This document shows, piece by piece, positions 1 to 9,376 of a stretch of DNA of 64,000 bases. The notes below the pieces were generated by a model. The model was not told the DNA's origin. It did no database searches and saw only the letters and a list, made by a program, of their open reading frames with translations. The stretch covers positions 32,001 to 96,000 of the IMG/VR virus record IMGVR_UViG_3300028048_000077, one strand, 5' to 3'. How positions within the stretch are numbered: position 1 is the first letter of the stretch; the number at the start of each line of letters is the position of its first letter. The stretch is from a virus. Taxonomy: Duplodnaviria; Caudoviricetes. The position numbers were made by a program, and so were the translations under genes.

Positions 1-447
1 ATCAATTCTATAAGAATAGATAGCATAGATATATTCTGGCTCTACCACTCCTACTGGCTTATCTTCTTCAGGATATAACTTAGATAAAAAATCTGAAGCC
101 ACATTTATTATTCCATCTAAAGAAACAGATATTGGTAAAGTGAAATTAATTCCGTCTTTACCATCATATGACTGTTTAGTTATTTCCTTACTAATTGGGA
201 AATTTGGCTTATTGAGTACTATCAAATCATAATCAAGATGGAATGATCTTCCATCTTTTATTTCATATTCTCCATCAGAATCGAAATAAGCTTTGCAATT
301 ATAATACAATGTGACCTCATTAATATCTTTTGCATCACATATCTGATAATCATGATGTTTTTCTAGCAAATTTATATACATTTGATAATTCACATCATTA
401 GTATCCAAAATGAATTGATCTCCATCTTTCATTGCAATCTTTTTCAT
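1..447 (-). CDS. hypothetical protein, 3'-truncated by window edge
   Basis: Manually translated open frame MKKIAMKDGDQF... from ATG at 447 to the window start, GAGGA SD upstream. Confidence 0.7.
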   Translation of the reverse strand, partial: MKKIAMKDGDQFILDTNDVNYQMYINLLEKHHDYQICDAKDINEVTLYYNCKAYFDSDGEYEIKDGRSFHLDYDLIVLNKPNFPISKEITKQSYDGKDGINFTLPISVSLDGIINVASDFLSKLYPEEDKPVGVVEPEYIYAIYSYRID

Positions 448-465
448 ATTACTTATCCTCCTAAT

Positions 466-1101
466 TTAAACCATTTCGTTTAAAATTAGTTGAGCTTCAT
501 CTAATGTTAAATCTTCAGAAGCCCACCATGATTTATTTTTAGTATTTATATGTAATACTATAGGATTATTACCACAGGCGGTTAAATGAAAATCGCCATA
601 GTAATCCTTCTTTTTAATACTATTATTATCAGTAGTATCTCTTATAAAAGTAAGAATATGCTTGAAATACTCCTTAGCTTTTTCTTGAGTTTCAACCGAT
701 GGAATACTAAATCCATTTTCGAACCACTCTTTTTCAGAGATAACCGATTTATTAAATTCTTCTATAGATTTGAACCTTCTAGCTCCAGTGAATTCATGAT
801 CCCAGAATAATTTCTTTATCGGATCTTTTGGTGGTTTGGCTTCACCAAGAAATTTGAACCGATCTTTATGATCAATACGAAACACACATTTCTTCCCAAT
901 GTAGTTTCCTTTGAATTCAAACTTCAATTCAGGAGCATCAACTATATCATCTTTATATATCTTGATAGATTTCTCATCTGCAGTATACATATATACAGTT
1001 TTAGCAATTCTACTAAAGTATAATTCTCCTTGGAAATCGACTGTTTTATCTATATTTACAGCATATATATACATATTATCCTCCTTATACTTTACAATCA
1101 T
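466..1101 (-). CDS. hypothetical protein, paralog of 1085..1612
   Basis: 211 aa; shares KPPKxPxKKLFW, FTGARR and WWASEDLTL motifs with its neighbour. Confidence 0.8.
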   Translation of the reverse strand: MIVKYKEDNMYIYAVNIDKTVDFQGELYFSRIAKTVYMYTADEKSIKIYKDDIVDAPELKFEFKGNYIGKKCVFRIDHKDRFKFLGEAKPPKDPIKKLFWDHEFTGARRFKSIEEFNKSVISEKEWFENGFSIPSVETQEKAKEYFKHILTFIRDTTDNNSIKKKDYYGDFHLTACGNNPIVLHINTKNKSWWASEDLTLDEAQLILNEMV

Positions 1102-1612
1102 TAAATTTACTTAGAATTGATTTAGCTTCTTCTAAAGTCAAATCTTCAGAAGCCCACCAAGTTTTTGTGTCTGGTTCTAATGACAATACTATTTTAGTAG
1201 TATCTACATCAGATAAATCGGAAAAATGTCTTATATCATTATTATCATCTCTTATATAAAAAGAAGATCTTAATGAGTTATTTATATCTGAGTATGAATC
1301 TACTCTTCTAGCTCCAGTAAATCCTTTCTCCCAAAAGAGTTTCTTTAATGGATTCTTTGGAGGTTTAACTATACCTTCAATGGTAATTAATCCTTTTTCG
1401 TGATCAATCTTAAACATTACTCGTTTACCACAAAATTTACCATTAAAAGTGGTAACCTGCTTAGTGATTTCATTTATAATTTTAAGCTTAGCAGGATAAG
1501 CTTCATACGTATAACAAGTTGTACATATAAATGGTCTTATATCTGGATCAAGTGTCTTCAAATCCTCAAAAGCTATAATATCCTGTTTAACCAGGTCATA
1601 TTTTCTTTCCAT
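1085..1612 (-). CDS. hypothetical protein, paralog of 466..1101
   Basis: 175 aa ORF with GGAGG SD; shared motifs as above. Confidence 0.8.
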   Translation of the reverse strand: MERKYDLVKQDIIAFEDLKTLDPDIRPFICTTCYTYEAYPAKLKIINEITKQVTTFNGKFCGKRVMFKIDHEKGLITIEGIVKPPKNPLKKLFWEKGFTGARRVDSYSDINNSLRSSFYIRDDNNDIRHFSDLSDVDTTKIVLSLEPDTKTWWASEDLTLEEAKSILSKFNDCKV

Positions 1613-1614
1613 GA

Positions 1615-2130
1615 TTATTTCCTCCTATTATTGTTTGTAAAATGTAATCCCTTGAAACCATTAAGAATTACTTCATCAGAAAGTAAAATTTCAAGAGGTT
1701 TAAATTCGGCTGGTTTTCCAGATGTAATCTGGAGCATCGCATTTACTGCGGATGCTCCAGCATCTGAAGTCAAATAACTTCTGAACTTTGGATTCATGCA
1801 AAGGACTTTCGTTCCATCCTTTCCAATTTTATTCCAAAGATAATAATATTGATCAGCTTGTCTAACTTCCTGACCAATAGCAATGATCAATTGATGATCA
1901 TTAATATCGCTGAATCTTTCATTGATTATTTTGGCATTTGTTTCAATACATCCTGTATGAATATTGAAACGTATACCAATTTCAATATATTTAGGAGCTG
2001 GGTCTTTCTTATTTTCTACAATTGAAACCATAATACTTGGTTTCATTATTTTGCAGATTTTTGGGACAATCCGAATGATATCATTATTAGTTATCATATT
2101 ATTGCACCACCTTTTCAAAAACACTGTCAT
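1615..2130 (-). CDS. hypothetical protein with degenerate zincin-like motif (IGQEVRQADQ)
   Basis: ORF within operon; motif resembles HELSHIDQ of 48378..49130 with both His replaced by Gln. Confidence 0.6.
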   Translation of the reverse strand: MTVFLKRWCNNMITNNDIIRIVPKICKIMKPSIMVSIVENKKDPAPKYIEIGIRFNIHTGCIETNAKIINERFSDINDHQLIIAIGQEVRQADQYYYLWNKIGKDGTKVLCMNPKFRSYLTSDAGASAVNAMLQITSGKPAEFKPLEILLSDEVILNGFKGLHFTNNNRRK

Positions 2131-2374
2131 TTAATCTTTCTCTCATTACACGGATGACAGTATCTACTGATGCTCTGCCTCTTGTATAAAGCTTATGAGT
2201 TTTCTTATTATACAAGAATAAAATAAGAGATTCTGGAATTTCAAGTTCAAATACTTCATATTCATCTAAATCTCTTCTCTTTATAAACTCTTCATATGAT
2301 AACTGCCCAGCCCAGACAGCTTTATACTCATAATACATTAGCTTTAAAAATGGCCTAATAACATCTATATCCAT
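2099..2374 (-). CDS. hypothetical protein
   Basis: 91 aa, tightly packed operon, GGGAGG SD. Confidence 0.7.
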   Translation of the reverse strand: MDIDVIRPFLKLMYYEYKAVWAGQLSYEEFIKRRDLDEYEVFELEIPESLILFLYNKKTHKLYTRGRASVDTVIRVMRERLNDSVFEKVVQ

Positions 2375-2376
2375 TA

Positions 2377-2628
2377 TTATTCCCTCCCAAAAGCCTGATC
2401 AGCAAGTGCAGTATTTAGAGTAGCTGGAATTTTTACATTTCCGCCAGCAATCTTTTGAATAGTTTGCAACCTATTCTTTAGAATTTGGTTTTCTTCGAGA
2501 ACTCTTTGATAATCCTCGAATTTTTCATCCTCTTTCTTATTTCGTTCATCAATAATTTTCTCAATGAACTCAATGATTTGCTTTTTGGTCATACTCTCTA
2601 AAAATTCTTTTGTTACTTTTTGAAACAT
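2377..2628 (-). CDS. hypothetical coiled-coil protein, first gene of an early operon
   Basis: 83 aa, AAGGAGGAG SD. Confidence 0.75.
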   Translation of the reverse strand: MFQKVTKEFLESMTKKQIIEFIEKIIDERNKKEDEKFEDYQRVLEENQILKNRLQTIQKIAGGNVKIPATLNTALADQAFGRE

Positions 2629-2673
2629 AAAAGTCAGTCTCCTCCTTACAAAAATGTGTAAATTTTAAATAGT

Positions 2674-2868
2674 TAGGCAGAATAGAAATATTCTACTCTG
2701 CCTGTACATAAAAGAAAGGAATAGCAATGAATAAGAGAGATATATTAATAATCTAAGTGTAGCTGACAGTGAAACTGAATTTGTAACAACCCAGTACATA
2801 TGAAGGAAGTCACAAAAACAAGACTTAAAATATATTATCACATCTCTCTTATTCATATATATAGTATA
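2674..2868 (-). promoter_or_regulatory. early-type promoter followed by a long structured 5' leader
   Basis: TATACTATATATATGA at 2868-2853; inverted repeat ~2728-2750 / ~2833-2855; second hairpin AGGCAGAGTAGAA..TTCTATTCTGCCT at 2674-2703. Confidence 0.6.
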
Positions 2869-2900
2869 CATTTAATTTATTTTTTACCAATCAAAATTTA

Positions 2901-2925
2901 TCCCTCTACCAATTTGGTAGAGGGA
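2901..2925. repeat. conserved palindrome family TCCCTCTACC(C)-loop-(G)GGTAGAGGGA, likely bidirectional terminator; about 12 copies in the window
   Basis: Related copies at ~6171, 21618, 23728, 24815, 37431, 42115, 43600, 45157, 47224, 52867, 55235, mostly at gene 3' ends. Confidence 0.8.
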
Positions 2926-2930
2926 TTAGA

Positions 2931-3251
2931 TTATTTAACCATACGTTTCTTAAAGAAGAAAAAGAGAATCCTAGTAAATATATTAGACTTTATATCTCTA
3001 ATTTCAGTAACTAGTTCTCCTACATATTTATATACAATAAGACCAATAGTTTTATTATAGTTAGAACCAGGATGTTCTTTTCTGTATTTAATTATCTTTT
3101 TCAATACTAATTCTGAAATGAATTTGGTTTCAGATGTAATTTCTTTACCATAATTAGATATATGCTTTTTATTAATATAATCTAATATTTCTTTTTTAGA
3201 TGATCCCTTTTCTTTGATCTCATTATCAATAAGCTCATATAATTTACTCAT
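2931..3251 (-). CDS. hypothetical protein
   Basis: ORF 2931..3296; likely start MSKLY at 3251 after AGGAGG. Confidence 0.6.
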   Translation of the reverse strand: MSKLYELIDNEIKEKGSSKKEILDYINKKHISNYGKEITSETKFISELVLKKIIKYRKEHPGSNYNKTIGLIVYKYVGELVTEIRDIKSNIFTRILFFFFKKRMVK

Positions 3252-3252
3252 T

Positions 3253-3992
3253 TTATACCTCCTTTTTATAACCATACACTTCATTATCTTTCTCATCTAA
3301 TATATATGGTGGTCTTGGAACATCTGTACTCATTTGATCAGTAAGAGTAATATATTCTATAGAAGAATAAAGATTTCTAGCATTTACAGAATTACCACCA
3401 TAACAATGACCAATAACAAATGATTTATAATTATCTCCACTTCTAGTACCTAAGTGATTACCATTCATATAGAAATCAAATGTATTATCTACTATATGTA
3501 CACTAAAGTTATTATATTCTCCAGAAGCAGTTCTACCTATATTAATACCATTACTATTAGATTCACATAATGCATTAGAACTATTTACTGATAAAGTATT
3601 AGGATTAGATCCTAAACTAGCAAACACAGGTGCGGGTGTTCTACCATTGCTATAAGGCATAGCTGTAGAATCAGTATATATGTATTCATCTGTAATAGCA
3701 TTAGTTCCTGTAGAATTTATATGTGGCATAAAATAACCAATTTTTTCTCCATCACCACGACCATTATATCTAATTATCTGTATAAAACTATATCTAAAAT
3801 TTACCCATATATCATTACCATTAAACAAAGTATATTTAAATGCTAAAGCATGTATATATAAACCACCATATTGATACATATTAGCTGTATCTACTACCCA
3901 AGGAGAATATTCCAAATATGTTTTAGCAGAGCGGTTAGTTGTCCCCCCCCCCAATCAATTATATCATAATATTCGATTCCTCGTACATTCAT
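3253..3992 (-). CDS. LamG/ConA-lectin-like virion protein, phase-variable, OFF state (G10 tract at 3943-3952)
   Basis: ATG at 3992 (MNVRGIEYYDIIDWGGG) reaches an early TAG with G10; G11 or G8 joins it to the 233-aa downstream frame; C-terminus DEKDNEVYGYKK. Confidence 0.75.
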
Positions 3993-3993
3993 T

Positions 3994-4725
3994 CTATCCC
4001 TTCTTTACACCATACATATTATCATTATTTTCTTTTATCGTCCAACGAATATCATCCATAGGAGTTTGACCTTCAAAATCTTTAGTCCATCTAAGACCTT
4101 TAGAAACTCTATAGTTAAGTATACATACAGATGGCACTGTACCATTCCAATTTGCTTGAATATAAATAGCAAATATTGAATCGCTTCCAATACTACGTGT
4201 ATACTCCAATATCTTTTTACCATCTAGATATACTTTAAACAATGAATTATTTTCAATTGTACAAGCATAATGGTGATAATTTCCATCTTTTAGATTTGTA
4301 TAATATTTTACAAATACTCGATCTCCATTTGCTTGACTCAAATCTATAAAATTATGATAAATATTTAAATTTGAAGTTATATAAGGATCTCTAACATTAT
4401 AATCTTGAGAAGTATCATATGGTGTTTTACCAAATCCAAGTATAAAATTATATGTGGCATTATTACTTCCAAAAGACGGATCTGATCTAAATATACAATC
4501 TATAGTAGAATTTATATTATTATAAATCGTTGATCCTAATGAGAAATTATTCGAATCTAAAACACATGCAGCGTATCTTTGAATATCACTTAAGTAATAA
4601 TAATTAAATCCAATAGAACGTCTCCATGACCCACCCCCACCAACATAATCTGTGTTATTACCATCAAATGGTCAATAAGCCACTGTATTTTCATCTACCA
4701 TCTGAGATATAGTAGGTATCTTCAT
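3994..4725 (-). pseudogene. LamG-like protein with in-frame TGA at the conserved Trp (TVAY*PFDGN)
   Basis: 244-codon frame from ATG 4725 (AGGAG SD) open except TGA at 4674-4672; YHHYACT and VYLDGK LamG motifs; C-terminus ENNDNMYGVKK. Confidence 0.75.
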
Positions 4726-4749
4726 TTATATCAACTCCTGTATTTTAGC

Positions 4750-4784
4750 CTATTAATCTTAAGTCTTCTCGACCTCTGAATAAG
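4750..4784. promoter_or_regulatory. back-to-back late-type promoters (GACT-TAAGAT-TAA on -, GACC-TCTGAA-TAA on +)
   Basis: Matches the RACH-N6-TA motif seen upstream of many structural genes. Confidence 0.55.
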
Positions 4785-4805
4785 AAGAATGCAGGAGGGT
4801 ATATT

Positions 4806-6164
4806 ATGAATATAAAACAAAAGAAAGCTACAATTCATGATTTTCCATTCTTAAATGTAAAAGTAAAAACAGATCCATTTAAAGTAGTTAGAGAACATCG
4901 TTCTCAGATGAAGTCTTCTCTTGTTACTCCATCTAGAAATCATTCATATTCTCTCTGTATAGAATATGTAAAGGAATGGTTTGCATCTGCATTTGTAGAT
5001 GGATTCTTTAAATCTGCATATATAAATGGATCACATGTAATTGATCAATTTAGAAGACTCACTAGAGAACAGCTTCTAAAAAGAAATACTCCTTGCTATA
5101 CTATTACTCCTACCATAGATTATGACTATAATTCTGAAATGGTAGACTTGTATCCATATGGGGGTAATATATTTAATAATAGATATGAATTAGAGTCTTC
5201 CTTCTATAGAAACTTTGAGACTAATGATTTTATAGCATTAGACTTCAAACAGCTATTGATGAAGTTTAATATAAGAATCAAAATGCCTACTCTTGCATCT
5301 GCACAAGATTTATATGACTTCATGCAAATAAAATTTAGAGCAGGTGCTACTATGGGAAGAGAAGTAGATTTAGACTTTCATCTTCCTATGAAATTAATGG
5401 CTCAAGTTGCTAAGGATAATGGATTTGAATTGGATTCTAATTATAATATTAAAGACTCAACAGAATTTCTTAGTCATATGAATAAGAATTCTATACTTCC
5501 TATTATGTATAAGAGAAGAAATGGAACTGGAAATAAAGAGTACTTTGTAAAGCTTCCTAAGATGTATGTACATTTCCGTATCTCAGATATACAAATAGAT
5601 GAAGGAGAAAGACAAGGTCATCTTATGAATAACTTCAATCTACAGTTTGATGTAGATGTACATTTCCCTTGTCCTAAGTTCTTTGTATACTTCTACTTTG
5701 AGACCAAAGAATTTCTTAAGACTTCTCCTGAAGAGAGCGATATTATTAGACTGGAAGACTTCCCTGTACTTAGTATTCCAAAAACTAATGATAAGGGTTG
5801 GAACCAGTTTATTACTACCGAATATATAGATGATGAAGAAAACTTTAATGAAAAAGTTCCATTAACTATTTCATTCATAGAACTCCTAGGGGATCTTAGA
5901 AAAGCGATTGATTATACTAAGAGTATATACTTATCTCCTGGATTATTTATAGATATGAAGCTTTTTAATAATGGTAAAGAGATTCCATTAGAAATAGATT
6001 GGGAGAATTATGAAATAAAGACTAATACAGTTATGACTAATATAAAATCTCATCTAGTTCTATATGTGGATAATAAATATCTGAATGAAACTATAATGAA
6101 ATTACGGGAAGATAAAGAACACCGTATTACTCCATATATGCAAAGTAAAGTTGTAAGAAACTAA
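4806..6164 (+). CDS. putative virion structural protein (jumbo-phage conserved type)
   Basis: 452 aa, GGAGG SD, late-type promoter; no catalytic motif recognised. Confidence 0.55.
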   Translation: MNIKQKKATIHDFPFLNVKVKTDPFKVVREHRSQMKSSLVTPSRNHSYSLCIEYVKEWFASAFVDGFFKSAYINGSHVIDQFRRLTREQLLKRNTPCYTITPTIDYDYNSEMVDLYPYGGNIFNNRYELESSFYRNFETNDFIALDFKQLLMKFNIRIKMPTLASAQDLYDFMQIKFRAGATMGREVDLDFHLPMKLMAQVAKDNGFELDSNYNIKDSTEFLSHMNKNSILPIMYKRRNGTGNKEYFVKLPKMYVHFRISDIQIDEGERQGHLMNNFNLQFDVDVHFPCPKFFVYFYFETKEFLKTSPEESDIIRLEDFPVLSIPKTNDKGWNQFITTEYIDDEENFNEKVPLTISFIELLGDLRKAIDYTKSIYLSPGLFIDMKLFNNGKEIPLEIDWENYEIKTNTVMTNIKSHLVLYVDNKYLNETIMKLREDKEHRITPYMQSKVVRN

Positions 6165-6299
6165 AACTATTCCCTCTGCCCTAATTGGGCAGAGGGAGTT
6201 ATTGTGTTAAACTAAATAATTTTAGAGATACTATAAATATGAATAGGGTATAGGTACCAACTATACCCTATTCAATCTCCTAGAAAGGAGGTGTCAAGA

Positions 6300-6419
6300 A
6301 TGGCTAATTTAATAAAGTCATTCATACGTATTAAATCAATTTGGGATTTAATATCCATAGGCGATATGATAATTCAGATAATTGATTTAATACAATATTT
6401 AATAACCCATTCTTTATAG
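6300..6419 (+). CDS. small hydrophobic peptide A (39 aa), type I toxin-like
   Basis: Early motif 6227-6242, 5' hairpin 6241-6273, AGAAAGGAGG SD; MANLIKSFIRIKSIWDLISIGDMIIQIIDLIQYLITHSL. Confidence 0.65.
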   Translation: MANLIKSFIRIKSIWDLISIGDMIIQIIDLIQYLITHSL

Positions 6420-6560
6420 AAAGGTTATTAAGAATATACTTTATAATTAGTCACTAAAAATTTGATTCTAAAAACCAGAAGTATAACTTCATTATTACAT
6501 AGATGATAATCAAACTGGTAAAAAATAAGTGAAATAACTTTCACTTATTTTTTTTTATAA

Positions 6561-6863
6561 TTATAATACATTTTTAAGATAATCAACTATTCTTAATTCT
6601 TCTTCTTCATTATCAGGAGCTATTATATAACCATTAGCATGCCCACAATTAATAAATGGAATAGTCATATATGGTTCTTTTTCATTTATAGGAACAAAAG
6701 TAACATTGAATGTATACTTTTTACTTGTTCTACTATAAATAAGATCAGTAGTATAATGCAAATACTTACTATCTAATAAATTCTCAAGAACCTTATGTTT
6801 CTTTACCAATTCTATAAATTCATTTTCATATCTTAATTTAATAGCATCAAGATTATAAATCAT
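6561..6863 (-). CDS. hypothetical protein
   Basis: 100 aa, AAGGAG SD. Confidence 0.7.
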   Translation of the reverse strand: MIYNLDAIKLRYENEFIELVKKHKVLENLLDSKYLHYTTDLIYSRTSKKYTFNVTFVPINEKEPYMTIPFINCGHANGYIIAPDNEEEELRIVDYLKNVL

Positions 6864-6941
6864 CTTTTAAACTCCTTAATTACTTCCAGATTGAATTATA
6901 TCCATAATTCTTTTTACAAATTCAACTATATTATTTATCTC

Positions 6942-7166
6942 CTAATAATTTGAATATCCTTTCATACAATAGAACTTTATTCCATCCTCTTCTTTATCAT
7001 TTAAAGAAGGTGAATCCAAATTTGTAAAGAAAGCAAATATAATATTTGGATCTTCTTCATCTGGTTTTATAAGAACACATTGTAGCTTCTCAAATTCGCT
7101 CATAGGATTCTCAGCAGATATTATCTGATCTCCTACTGATGGTAATTCATCTAAAGCGTGAATCAT
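6942..7166 (-). CDS. hypothetical protein
   Basis: 74 aa, GAGG SD. Confidence 0.6.
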   Translation of the reverse strand: MIHALDELPSVGDQIISAENPMSEFEKLQCVLIKPDEEDPNIIFAFFTNLDSPSLNDKEEDGIKFYCMKGYSNY

Positions 7167-7199
7167 AGTTTTACCTCTTTCTCAGACTGTTGTTTCAGG

Positions 7200-7583
7200 C
7201 TAAATATGAGTAGGCATTTCCTGCCAATTCTTCTCTGCCCATTTTCCAACAGTATCTAAAATTCTCTTTTTAGCACTTTCAGTTAATACTACAGTTTCTT
7301 CAGATCCTCGTTTTTCTATAAAATATATATTTTCACAAGAATCCATTACAACTTCTTCATACATCAATATAGGACGAATTACTCCTCTTAAAGATCCATG
7401 AGTAATTTTATATCTTGGTGTATCTATTGGTTTATTACCATGGATAACCGAGGATAATGGATACTCAACTATTTGTGGTTTATACTTTTCAATATTTAGC
7501 ATTATAACTGTATAGCTTAATCCTAATTGAAAATAAACTCTCAAATACTTAACTTTGTTAAAATCCATTATCCTCGCCTCCAA
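7200..7583 (-). CDS. hypothetical protein
   Basis: 127 aa ORF; likely start MDFNK after GAGG. Confidence 0.65.
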   Translation of the reverse strand: MEARIMDFNKVKYLRVYFQLGLSYTVIMLNIEKYKPQIVEYPLSSVIHGNKPIDTPRYKITHGSLRGVIRPILMYEEVVMDSCENIYFIEKRGSEETVVLTESAKKRILDTVGKWAEKNWQEMPTHI

Positions 7584-7586
7584 TTA

Positions 7587-7817
7587 TTAAGCTTGAGATA
7601 AGATAGCCTCTATCTCAGCTTTGTCCTCATCGGTATAAGCATCTCTGCTTAATCCCAATAAATCATTACTAGTAATCAGAATATCCTTATACAGGTTTAC
7701 CTGACTATTTAAAAGTCCGTCATTAGCAGAAATAATCATGCTATTATGAGGATTAAATGTTTCCATTGCCCTTTCAGCAAATTCCTGGTTAGTGATATAC
7801 ATTACATTTAAGCAATC
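7587..7817 (-). CDS. RNA polymerase beta' N-terminal subunit, exon 3 (DCLNVMYITNQ...)
   Basis: GAT after the intron terminal G supplies the last Asp of NADFDG^D. Confidence 0.9.
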   Translation of the reverse strand, partial: DCLNVMYITNQEFAERAMETFNPHNSMIISANDGLLNSQVNLYKDILITSNDLLGLSRDAYTDEDKAEIEAILSQA

Positions 7818-8202
7818 CTGAAATCTTCACATATGATACCTTATACATATGCAGTTCTCTTATGAACTTCTCTAGGAGTTCCCTAGAAGCAGAGACTATA
7901 TCTTCATCTCAGAGAGATGCTCCTCCACAGAACTATCGGTTGATAGCTGCTTAGTCGTTGAACGTTCCTTCCATTACCCCATTATCTTTATGAGAAATAT
8001 CTAAGGAAGGCTTCGCTGCTGATTCCCCATTGTAATAGACCTTAGCACCTATATAATATATAGGCTTTTATTTCAGCATAGTCCATCTCTTCACTTGTTT
8101 CTATCTTTCGATTCCTATTTCTAGGCAGAAGAGCTTTAGTAAGTCCCAGCAATTCAAAGGAGTGCATCCACTATGTCACCATAGTAGAGGGCATGATTAC
8201 AT
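7818..8202 (-). mobile_element. group I intron 2 (385 nt, ORF-less) within the NADFDG^D motif
   Basis: Exon ends GGU; P1 GGU|AUG pairs with CAUGCC giving a U-G at the splice site; P10 GUAAUC/GAUUGC; core elements AAUUGCUGGGA, AAUCAGCAGC, GUUCAACGACUA, AAGAUAUAGUC; terminal G. Confidence 0.92.
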
Positions 8203-8316
8203 ACCATCAAAATCTGCGTTCAAACCTGGTAAGACTTGTAGTGGCATAGACATTGTAAATGTGTCATTTATTCCTATACATCTCATACAAAGTATAGAAC
8301 CATACTGTATACTTGG
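8203..8316 (-). CDS. RNA polymerase beta' N-terminal subunit, exon 2 (38 codons, PSIQYGS...GLNADFDG)
   Basis: Manual translation gives the catalytic NADFDG motif in frame between the two introns. Confidence 0.92.
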
Positions 8317-9376
8317 CTTATTTCTTCACATAGTTTAGTTTATCACTATGCAGTTCTCTTATGAACTTCTCTGAGTATTACTCAGAAGGTGAGAGTACAT
8401 CATTATCCTAGAAGATGAGGATATCCAGTGCTGTCCTTCACTTGAAGGCGCATACTCGTTGAATTATTAAAACTTATCCCAAATAACATCTATTTAAATA
8501 ATAAATAGAAATGGGGTATTCAATTATGGCTCTTAGTAAAGTTAAATGTGAACATCCAACTCAAGAACATATGCAAACTGCTAATTATAGATATAGGAAA
8601 AATCTTATCAATAATTTTGGAATGTATCATATTGATGAACAATGGCTTCCTATTATATTAGCTGATATTCAACCTTGGTATTACGTAAGTAATTATGGAA
8701 GAATATATTCTAAATTATATGATTGTATTATTAGAGATAGATTAGTAGGTCATGGTTATAAAATTGTGACCTTACGTACTATATATAATACACCAATAGA
8801 TTGTTTAATTCATCGTATTGAAATGATAACTTTTAATCCTATTCCTAATTATAAGGATATGCAAGTTAATCATATAGATGGAAATAAACTAAATAATCGT
8901 TTATATAATTTAGAATGGTGTACATGTCTTGAAAACATACATCATGCTATCATTAATAATATTTATAATAATATTGGTGAGAATAATGTATGTGCAGTAT
9001 TTACAAATGAACAAGTTCATATAATTTGTAAATGCTTAGAAATGAATTATTCATTTAAAGCCATATGTGATACTTTAAATATTGAATACAATGATAAAAC
9101 TATTTCCAGAATTAATCAAATAAAACGTCATAAAAACTGGAAACAAATTTCATCTCAATATAAGTTTTAACAACTGCTGATTTTCGATTGTTTATAGACC
9201 TTAGCACCTATATATCTCTATATAGGCTTTTATTTCAGCATAGTCCATCTCTTCACTTGTTTCTGACTTTCGTCTCCATTAAGGCAGAAGAGCTTTACGA
9301 GGTCCCAGCAATTCTCTGGATAGTTTTAAGCACAGCATTATTTTATATCTTCTTCTGCTATACCGAACCCAAGTTA
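8317..9376 (-). mobile_element. group I intron 1 (1060 nt) at NRN^PSI, carrying an antisense HNH endonuclease
   Basis: Exon ends AAU; guide ACUUGG-GUUC pairs with GAAU and CCAAGU; core nearly identical to intron 2; P7 GAGUA/UACUC; terminal G at 8317. Confidence 0.9.
8511..9170 (+). CDS. NUMOD4-HNH homing endonuclease (I-HmuI-like), antisense inside intron 1
   Basis: YYVSNYGRI, GYKIVTL, IHR and VNHIDGNKLNNRLYNLEWCT motifs; likely start 8526; AACA-N6-TA at 8485-8496. Confidence 0.9.
   Translation: MGYSIMALSKVKCEHPTQEHMQTANYRYRKNLINNFGMYHIDEQWLPIILADIQPWYYVSNYGRIYSKLYDCIIRDRLVGHGYKIVTLRTIYNTPIDCLIHRIEMITFNPIPNYKDMQVNHIDGNKLNNRLYNLEWCTCLENIHHAIINNIYNNIGENNVCAVFTNEQVHIICKCLEMNYSFKAICDTLNIEYNDKTISRINQIKRHKNWKQISSQYKF

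Noticed and set aside
4672-4674. Genome-wide TGA-to-Trp recoding
   Set aside because: TGA ends several genes with coupled ATGA overlaps (for example 25622 and 26113), TGG is used normally, and long ORFs are intact under the standard code.
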